Shown here piece by piece: positions 53,001-64,000 of a DNA stretch of 64,000 bases; position 1 is the first letter of the stretch; every line of letters begins with the position of its first letter. Both the position numbers and the translations under genes were made by a program. The stretch comes from Auanema rhodensis (lineage: Eukaryota; Animalia; Nematoda). The stretch covers positions 3,534,001 to 3,598,000 of the forward strand of contig OZ059894.1 of NCBI GenBank assembly GCA_964057225.1, read 5' to 3'. The notes beneath the pieces are model-generated. The model saw only the letters and a program-made list of their open reading frames with translations, had not been told where the DNA came from and did not search any database.

Positions 53001-56000
53001 AATTAAAGTTCACGTAAATTTCAAAGTCATGGTTACCATGCACCAATATCAATAAAAATCCGTTTTTAGACTAATATGGACATGGGGAATCTAATTTTGA
53101 AAACCGCATCTCTTTATCTTTGACGTAAAGCGAGTTACATACCAAGTGCACATCATGTGTACACTTAATTAGCATAAATTAAAGTTCACGTAAATTTCAA
53201 AGTCATGGTTACCATTCACCAATATTAATAAAAATTTGTTTTTAGACTAATATGGAAATGGGGAATCTAATTTTGAAAACCGCATCTCTTCATCTTTCAC
53301 GTGAAGCGAGTTACATACCAAGTGCACATCATGTGTACACTTAATTAGCATAAATTAAAGTTCACGTAAATTTCAAAGTCATGGTTACCATGCACCAATA
53401 TCAATAAAAATTTGTTTTTAGACTAATATGGACATGGGGAATCTAATTTTGAAAACCGCATCTCTTTATCTTTGACGTAAAGCGAGTTACATACCAAGTG
53501 CACATCATGTGTACACTTAATTAGCATAAATTAAAGTTCACGTAAATTTCAAAGTCATGGTTACCATTCACCAATATTAATAAAAATTTGTTTTTAGACT
53601 AATATGGAAATGGGGAATCTAATTTTGAAAACCGCATCTCTTCATCTTTCACGTGAAGCGAGTTACATACCAAGTGCACATCATGTGTACACTTAATTAG
53701 CATAAATTAAAGTTCACGTAAATTTCAAAGTCATGGTTACCATGCACCAATATCAATAAAAATTTGTTTTTAGACTAATATGGACATGGGGAATCTAATT
53801 TTGAAAACCGCATCTCTTTATCTTTCACGTGAAGCGAGTTACATACCAAGTGCACATCATGTGTACACTTAATTAGCATAAATTAAAGTTCACGTAAATT
53901 TCAAAGTAATGGTTGCCATGCACCAATATCAATAAAAATTTGTTTTTAGACTAATTTGGAAATGGGGAATCTATTTTGAAAACCGCATCTCTTCATCTTT
54001 CACGTGAAGCGAGTTACATACCAAGTGCACATCACGTGTACACTTAATTAGCATAAATTGAAGTTCACGTAAATTTCAAAGTCATGGTTACCATGCACCA
54101 ATATCAATAAAAATTTGTTTTTAGACTAATATGGAAATGGGGAATCTAATTTTGAAAACCGCATCTCTTTATCTTTGACGTAAAGCGAGTTACATACCAA
54201 GTGCACATCATGTGTACACTTAATTAGCATAAATTAAAGTTCACGTAAATTTCAAAGTCATGGTTACCATTCACCAATATTAATAAAAATTTGTTTTTAG
54301 ACTAATATGGAAATGGGGAATCTAATTTTGAAAACCGCATCTCTTCATCTTTCACGTGAAGCGAGTTACATACCAAGTGCACATCATGTGTACACTTAAT
54401 TAGCATAAATTAAAGTTCACGTAAATTTCAAAGTCATGGTTACCATGCACCAATATCAATAAAAATTTGTTTTTAGACTAATATGGACATGGGGAATCTA
54501 ATTTTGAAAACCGCATCCCTTTATCTTTCACGTGAAGCGAGTTACATACCAAGTGCACATCACGTGTACACTTAATAAGCATAAATTAAAGTTCACGTAA
54601 ATTTCAAAGTCATGGTTACCATGCACCAATATCAATAAAAATCCGTTTTTGGACTAATATGGACATGGGGAATCTAATTTTGAAAACCGCATCCCTTTAT
54701 CTTTCACGTGAAGCGAGTTACATACCAAGTGCACATCACGTGTACACTTAATTAGCATAAATTAAAGTTCACGTAAATTTCAAAGTCATGGTTACCATGC
54801 ACCAATATCAATAAAAATTTTTTTTTAGACTAATATGGACATGGGGAATCTAATTTTGAAAACCGCATCCCTTTATCTTTCACCTGAAGCGAGTTACATA
54901 CCAAGTGCACATCACGTGTACACTTAATAAGCATAAATTAAAGTTCACGTAAATTTCAAAGTCATGGTTACCATGCACCAATATCAATAAAAATTTTTTT
55001 TTAGACTAATATGGACATGGGGAATCTAATTTTGAAAACCGCATCCCTTTATCTTTCACCTGAAGCGAGTTACATACCAAGTGCACATCACGTGTACACT
55101 TAATAAGCATAAATTAAAGTTCACGTAAATTTCAAAGTCATGGTTACCATCCACCAATATCAACAAAAATTTGTTTTTAGACTAATATGGACATGGGGAA
55201 TCTAATTTTGAAAACCGCATCTCTTCATCTTTTACGTGAAGCGAGTTACATACCAAGTGCACATCACGTGTACACTTAATTAGCATAAATTAAAGTTCAC
55301 GTAAATTTCAAAGTCATGGTTACCATCCACCAATATCAATAAAAATTTGTTTTTAGACTAATATGGACATGGGGAATCTAATTTTGAAAACCGCATCCCT
55401 TTATCTTTCACGTGAAGCAAGTTACATACCAAGTGCACATCATGTGTACACTTAATTAGCATAAATTAAAGTTCACGTAAATTTTAAAGTCATGGTTACC
55501 ATGCACCAATATCAATAAAAATTTGTTTTTAGACTAATATGGACATGGGGAATCTAATTTTGAAAACCGCATCCCTTTATCTTTCACGTGAAGCAAGTTA
55601 CATACCAAGTGCACATCATGTGTACACTTAATTAGCATAAATTAAAGTTCACGTAAATTTCAAAGTCATGGTTACCATCCACCAATATCAATAAAAATTT
55701 GTTTTTAGACTAATATGGACATGGGGAATCTAATTTTGAAAACCGCATCCCTTTATCTTTCACGTGAAGCAAGTTAAATACCAAGTGCACATCATGTGTA
55801 CACTTAATTAGCATAAATTAAAGTTCACGTAAATTTCAAAGTCATGGTTACCATCCACCAATATCAATAAAAATTTGTTTTTAGACTAATATGGACATGG
55901 GGAATCTAATTTTGAAAACCGCATCTCTTTATCTTTGACTTGAAGCGAGTTACATACCAAGTGCACATCATGTGTACACTTAATTAGCATAAATTAAAGT

Positions 56001-59000
56001 TCACGTAAATTTCAAAGTCATGGTTACCATCCACCAATATCAACAAAAATTTGTTTTTAGACTAATATGGACATGGGGAATCTAATTTTGAAAACCGCAT
56101 CTCTTCATCTTTCACGTGAAGCGAGTTACATACCAAGTGCACATCACGTGTACACTTAATTAGCATAAATTAAAGTTCACGTAAATTTTAAAGTCATGGT
56201 TACCATGCACCAATATCAATAAAAATTTGTTTTTAGACTAATATGGACATGGGGAATCTAATTTTGAAAACCGCATCTCTTTATCTTTGACTTGAAGCGA
56301 GTTACATACCAAGTGCACATCATGTGTACACTTAATTAGCATAAATTAAAGTTCACGTAAATTTTAAAGTCATGGTTACCATGCACCAATATCAATAAAA
56401 ATTTGTTTTTAGACTAATATGGACATGGGGAATCTAATTTTGAAAACCGCATCCCTTTATCTTTCACGTGAAGCAAGTTACATACCAAGTGCACATCATG
56501 TGTACACTTAATTAGCATAAATTAAAGTTCACGTAAATTTCAAAGTCATGGTTACCATCCACCAATATCAATAAAAATTTGTTTTTAGACTAATATGGAC
56601 ATGGGGAATCTAATTTTGAAAACCGCATCCCTTTATCTTTCACGTGAAGCAAGTTAAATACCAAGTGCACATCATGTGTACACTTAATTAGCATAAATTA
56701 AAGTTCACGTAAATTTCAAAGTCATGGTTACCATCCACCAATATCAATAAAAATTTGTTTTTAGACTAATATGGACATGGGGAATCTAATTTTGAAAACC
56801 GCATCTCTTTATCTTTGACTTGAAGCGAGTTACATACCAAGTGCACATCATGTGTACACTTAATTAGCATAAATTGAAGTTCACGTAAATTTCAAAGTCA
56901 TGGTTACCATCCACCAATATCAACAAAAATTTGTTTTTAGACTAATATGGACATGGGGAATCTAATTTTGAAAACCGCATCTCTTCATCTTTCACGTGAA
57001 GCGAGTTACATACCAAGTGCACATCACGTGTACACTTAATTAGCATAAATTAAAGTTCACGTAAATTTTAAAGTCATGGTTACCATGCACCAATATCAAT
57101 AAAAATTTGTTTTTAGACTAATATGGACATGGGGAATCTAATTTTGAAAACCGCATCTCTTTATCTTTGACTTGAAGCGAGTTACATACCAAGTGCACAT
57201 CATGTGTACACTTAATTAGCATAAATTAAAGTTCACGTAAATTTCAAAGTCATGGTTACCATCCACCAATATCAACAAAAATTTGTTTTTAGACTAATAT
57301 GGACATGGGGAATCTAATTTTGAAAACCGCATCTCTTCATCTTTCACGTGAAGCGAGTTACATACCAAGTGCACATCACGTGTACACTTAATTAGCATAA
57401 ATTAAAGTTCACGTAAATTTTAAAGTCATGGTTACCATGCACCAATATCAATAAAAATTTGTTTTTAGACTAATATGGACATGGGGAATCTAATTTTGAA
57501 AACCGCATCTCTTTATCTTTGACGTGAAGCGAGTTACATACCGAGTGCACATCACGTGTACACTTAATTAGCATAAATTAAAGTTCACTTAAATTTCAAA
57601 GTCATGGTTACCATCCACCAATATCAACAAAAATTTGTTTTTAGACTAATATGGACATGGGGAATCTAATTTTGAAAACCGCATCTCTTCATCTTTTACG
57701 TGAAGCGAGTTACATACCAAGTGCACATCACGTGTACACTTAATTAGCATAAATTAAAGTTCACGTAAATTTCAAAGTCATGGTTACCATCCACCAATAT
57801 CAATAAAAATTTGTTTTTAGACTAATATGGACATGGGGAATCTAATTTTGAAAACCGCATCCCTTTATCTTTCACGTGAAGCAAGTTACATACCAAGTGC
57901 ACATCATGTGTACACTTAATTAGCATAAATTAAAGTTCACGTAAATTTTAAAGTCATGGTTACCATGCACCAATATCAATAAAAATTTGTTTTTAGACTA
58001 ATATGGACATGGGGAATCTAATTTTGAAAACCGCATCTCTTCATCTTTCACGTGAAGCGAGTTACATACCAAGTGCACATCACGTGTACACTTAATAAGC
58101 ATAAATTAAAGTTCACGTAAATTTCAAAGTCATGGTTACCATGCACCAATATCAATAAAAATTCGTTTTTAGACTAATATGGACATGAGGAATCTAATTT
58201 TGAAAACCGCATCTCTTCATCTTTCACGTGAAGCGAGTTACATACCAAGTGCACATCATGTGTACACTTAATTAGCATAAATTAAAGTTCACGTAAATTT
58301 CAAAGTCATGGTTACCATGCACCAATATTAATAAAAATTTGTTTTTAGACTAATATGGACATGGGGAATCTAATTTTGAAAACCGCATCTCTTTATCTTT
58401 GACGTGAAGCGAGTTACATACCAAGTGCACATCATGTGTACACTTAATTAGCATAAATTAAAGTTCACGTAAATTTCAAAGTCATGGTTACCATCCACCA
58501 ATATCAACAAAAATGTGTTTTTAGACTAATATGGACATGGGGAATCTAATTTCGAAAAGCGCATCTCTTCATCTTTCACGTGAAGCGAGTTACATACCAA
58601 GTGCACATCATGTGTACACTTAATTAGCATAAATTAAAGTTCACGTAAATTTCAAAGTCATGGTTACCATGCACCAATATCAATAAAAATTTTTTTTTAG
58701 ACTAATATGGACATGGGGAATCTAATTTTGAAAACCGCATCCCTTTATCTTTCACGTGAAGCGAGTTACATACCAAGTGCACATCACGTGTACACTTAAT
58801 AAGCATAAATTAAAGTTCACGTAAATTTCAAAGTCATGGTTACCATGCACCAATATCAATAAAAATTCGTTTTTAGACTAATATGGACATGAGGAATCTA
58901 ATTTTTTTGAAAACCGCATCTCTTCATCTTTCACGTGAAGCAAGTTACATACCAAGTGCACATCATGTGTACACTCAATTAGCATAAATTAAAGTTCACG

Positions 59001-62000
59001 TAAATTTCAAAGTCATGGTTACCATGCACCAATATTAATAAAAATTTGTTTTTAGACTAATATGGACATGGGGAATCTAATTTTGAAAACCGCAACTCTT
59101 TATCTTTGACGTAAAGCGAGTTACATACCAAGTGCACATCATGTGTACACTTAATTAGCATAAATTAAAGTTCACGTAAATTTTAAAGTCATGGTTGCCA
59201 TGCACCAATATCAATAAAAATTTGTTTTTAGACTAACATGGAAATGGGGAATCTAATTTTGAAAACCGCATCTCTTTATCTTTCACGTGAAGCGAGTTAC
59301 ATACCAAGCGCACATCATGTGTACACTTAATTAGCATAAATTAAAGTTCACGTAAATTTCAAAGTCATGGTTACCATGCACCAATATCAATAAAAATTTG
59401 TTTTTAGACTAATATGGACATGGGGAATCTAATTTTTTTGAAAACCGCATCTCTTCATCTTTCACGTGAAGCAAGTTACATACCAAGTGCACATCATGTG
59501 TACACTTAATTAGCATAAATTAAAGTTCACGTAAATTTCAAAGTCATGGTTACCATGCACCAATATCAATAAAAATTTTTTTTTAGACTAATATGGACAT
59601 GGGGAATCTAATTTTGAAAACCGCATCCCTTTATCTTTCACGTGAAGCGAGTTACATACCAAGTGCACATCACGTGTACACTTAATAAGCATAAATTAAA
59701 GTTCACGTAAATTTCAAAGTCATGGTTACCATGCACCAATATCAATAAAAATTCGTTTTTAGACTAATATGGACATGAGGAATCTAATTTTTTTGAAAAC
59801 CGCATCTCTTCATCTTTCACGTGAAGCAAGTTACATACCAAGTGCACATCATGTGTACACTCAATTAGCATAAATTAAAGTTCACGTAAATTTCAAAGTC
59901 ATGGTTACCATGCACCAATATTAATAAAAATTTGTTTTTAGACTAATATGGACATGGGGAATCTAATTTTGAAAACCGCAACTCTTTATCTTTGACGTAA
60001 AGCGAGTTACATACCAAGTGCACATCATGTGTACACTTAATTAGCATAAATTAAAGTTCACGTAAATTTTAAAGTCATGGTTGCCATGCACCAATATCAA
60101 TAAAAATTTGTTTTTAGACTAACATGGAAATGGGGAATCTAATTTTGAAAACCGCATCTCTTTATCTTTCACGTGAAGCGAGTTACATACCAAGCGCACA
60201 TCATGTGTACACTTAATAAGCATAAATTAAAGTTCACGTAAATTTCAAAGTCATGGTTACCATGCACCAATATCAATAAAAATTTGTTTTTAGACTAATA
60301 TGGACATGGGGAATCTAATTTTGAAAACCGCATCTCTTTATCTTTGACTTGAAGCGAGTTACATACCAAGTGCACATCATGTGTACACTTAATTAGCATA
60401 AATTAAAGTTCACGTAAATTTTAAAGTCATGGTTACCATGCACCAATATCAATAAAAATTTGTTTTTAGACTAATATGGACATGGGGAATCTAATTTTGA
60501 AAACCGCATCCCTTTATCTTTCACGTGAAGCAAGTTACATACCAAGTGCACATCATGTGTACACTTAATTAGCATAAATTAAAGTTCACGTAAATTTCAA
60601 AGTCATGGTTACCATCCACCAATATCAATAAAAATTTGTTTTTAGACTAATATGGACATGGGGAATCTAATTTTGAAAACCGCATCCCTTTATCTTTCAC
60701 GTGAAGCAAGTTAAATACCAAGTGCACATCATGTGTACACTTAATTAGCATAAATTAAAGTTCACGTAAATTTCAAAGTCATGGTTACCATCCACCAATA
60801 TCAATAAAAATTTGTTTTTAGACTAATATGGACATGGGGAATCTAATTTTGAAAACCGCATCTCTTTATCTTTGACTTGAAGCGAGTTACATACCAAGTG
60901 CACATCATGTGTACACTTAATTAGCATAAATTGAAGTTCACGTAAATTTCAAAGTCATGGTTACCATCCACCAATATCAACAAAAATTTGTTTTTAGACT
61001 AATATGGACATGGGGAATCTAATTTTGAAAACCGCATCTCTTCATCTTTCACGTGAAGCGAGTTACATACCAAGTGCACATCACGTGTACACTTAATTAG
61101 CATAAATTAAAGTTCACGTAAATTTTAAAGTCATGGTTACCATGCACCAATATCAATAAAAATTTGTTTTTAGACTAATATGGACATGGGGAATCTAATT
61201 TTGAAAACCGCATCTCTTTATCTTTGACTTGAAGCGAGTTACATACCAAGTGCACATCATGTGTACACTTAATTAGCATAAATTAAAGTTCACGTAAATT
61301 TCAAAGTCATGGTTACCATCCACCAATATCAACAAAAATTTGTTTTTAGACTAATATGGACATGGGGAATCTAATTTTGAAAACCGCATCTCTTCATCTT
61401 TCACGTGAAGCGAGTTACATACCAAGTGCACATCACGTGTACACTTAATTAGCATAAATTAAAGTTCACGTAAATTTTAAAGTCATGGTTACCATGCACC
61501 AATATCAATAAAAATTTGTTTTTAGACTAATATGGACATGGGGAATCTAATTTTGAAAACCGCATCTCTTTATCTTTGACGTGAAGCGAGTTACATACCG
61601 AGTGCACATCACGTGTACACTTAATTAGCATAAATTAAAGTTCACTTAAATTTCAAAGTCATGGTTACCATCCACCAATATCAACAAAAATTTGTTTTTA
61701 GACTAATATGGACATGGGGAATCTAATTTTGAAAACCGCATCTCTTCATCTTTTACGTGAAGCGAGTTACATACCAAGTGCACATCACGTGTACACTTAA
61801 TTAGCATAAATTAAAGTTCACGTAAATTTCAAAGTCATGGTTACCATCCACCAATATCAATAAAAATTTGTTTTTAGACTAATATGGACATGGGGAATCT
61901 AATTTTGAAAACCGCATCCCTTTATCTTTCACGTGAAGCAAGTTACATACCAAGTGCACATCATGTGTACACTTAATTAGCATAAATTAAAGTTCACGTA

Positions 62001-64000
62001 AATTTTAAAGTCATGGTTACCATGCACCAATATCAATAAAAATTTGTTTTTAGACTAATATGGACATGGGGAATCTAATTTTGAAAACCGCATCTCTTCA
62101 TCTTTCACGTGAAGCGAGTTACATACCAAGTGCACATCACGTGTACACTTAATAAGCATAAATTAAAGTTCACGTAAATTTCAAAGTCATGGTTACCATG
62201 CACCAATATCAATAAAAATTCGTTTTTAGACTAATATGGACATGAGGAATCTAATTTTGAAAACCGCATCTCTTCATCTTTCACGTGAAGCGAGTTACAT
62301 ACCAAGTGCACATCATGTGTACACTTAATTAGCATAAATTAAAGTTCACGTAAATTTCAAAGTCATGGTTACCATGCACCAATATTAATAAAAATTTGTT
62401 TTTAGACTAATATGGACATGGGGAATCTAATTTTGAAAACCGCATCTCTTTATCTTTGACGTGAAGCGAGTTACATACCAAGTGCACATCATGTGTACAC
62501 TTAATTAGCATAAATTAAAGTTCACGTAAATTTCAAAGTCATGGTTACCATCCACCAATATCAACAAAAATGTGTTTTTAGACTAATATGGACATGGGGA
62601 ATCTAATTTCGAAAAGCGCATCTCTTCATCTTTCACGTGAAGCGAGTTACATACCAAGTGCACATCATGTGTACACTTAATTAGCATAAATTAAAGTTCA
62701 CGTAAATTTCAAAGTCATGGTTACCATGCACCAATATCAATAAAAATTTTTTTTTAGACTAATATGGACATGGGGAATCTAATTTTGAAAACCGCATCCC
62801 TTTATCTTTCACGTGAAGCGAGTTACATACCAAGTGCACATCACGTGTACACTTAATAAGCATAAATTAAAGTTCACGTAAATTTCAAAGTCATGGTTAC
62901 CATGCACCAATATCAATAAAAATTCGTTTTTAGACTAATATGGACATGAGGAATCTAATTTTTTTGAAAACCGCATCTCTTCATCTTTCACGTGAAGCAA
63001 GTTACATACCAAGTGCACATCATGTGTACACTCAATTAGCATAAATTAAAGTTCACGTAAATTTCAAAGTCATGGTTACCATGCACCAATATTAATAAAA
63101 ATTTGTTTTTAGACTAATATGGACATGGGGAATCTAATTTTGAAAACCGCAACTCTTTATCTTTGACGTAAAGCGAGTTACATACCAAGTGCACATCATG
63201 TGTACACTTAATTAGCATAAATTAAAGTTCACGTAAATTTTAAAGTCATGGTTGCCATGCACCAATATCAATAAAAATTTGTTTTTAGACTAACATGGAA
63301 ATGGGGAATCTAATTTTGAAAACCGCATCTCTTTATCTTTCACGTGAAGCGAGTTACATACCAAGCGCACATCATGTGTACACTTAATTAGCATAAATTA
63401 AAGTTCACGTAAATTTCAAAGTCATGGTTACCATGCACCAATATCAATAAAAATTTGTTTTTAGACTAATATGGACATGGGGAATCTAATTTTTTTGAAA
63501 ACCGCATCTCTTCATCTTTCACGTGAAGCAAGTTACATACCAAGTGCACATCATGTGTACACTTAATTAGCATAAATTAAAGTTCACGTAAATTTCAAAG
63601 TCATGGTTACCATGCACCAATATCAATAAAAATTTTTTTTTAGACTAATATGGACATGGGGAATCTAATTTTGAAAACCGCATCCCTTTATCTTTCACGT
63701 GAAGCGAGTTACATACCAAGTGCACATCACGTGTACACTTAATAAGCATAAATTAAAGTTCACGTAAATTTCAAAGTCATGGTTACCATGCACCAATATC
63801 AATAAAAATTCGTTTTTAGACTAATATGGACATGAGGAATCTAATTTTTTTGAAAACCGCATCTCTTCATCTTTCACGTGAAGCAAGTTACATACCAAGT
63901 GCACATCATGTGTACACTCAATTAGCATAAATTAAAGTTCACGTAAATTTCAAAGTCATGGTTACCATGCACCAATATTAATAAAAATTTGTTTTTAGAC
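47010..64000. repeat. 176-bp tandem satellite DNA array, right arm (~96 monomers; continues beyond the window end)
   Basis: Same monomer in the same orientation. It resumes in register (AATTAAAGTTCACG) where the left arm stopped (GCATAAATTA). Confidence 0.99.

Overview
Eukaryotic heterochromatin-type window. About 93% of it is one AT-rich, head-to-tail, highly homogeneous 176-bp satellite array (about 240 monomers at 1-42310 and about 96 at 47010-64000), with many local multi-monomer duplications. It is interrupted once by an apparently full-length, intact 4.7-kb non-LTR retrotransposon on the minus strand (42311-47009; CR1-group-like). The element has a 5-bp AATTA target-site duplication, six ~19-bp 5' tandem repeats, a coiled-coil ORF1, an APE-endonuclease/RT ORF2 and a 540-bp 3' UTR ending AATAAA-CCTTGAC without a poly(A) tail. 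The main observation is that ORF2 has no AUG upstream of or within most of its endonuclease domain, lies in the +1 frame relative to ORF1, and ORF1 ends in UCC_UUU_CGU_UAA. UCC_UUU_CGU is the +1 ribosomal frameshift motif of influenza A PA-X. This suggests a LINE that makes its RT as a ~1296-aa ORF1-ORF2 transframe fusion. The organism and satellite family cannot be identified from the sequence alone.
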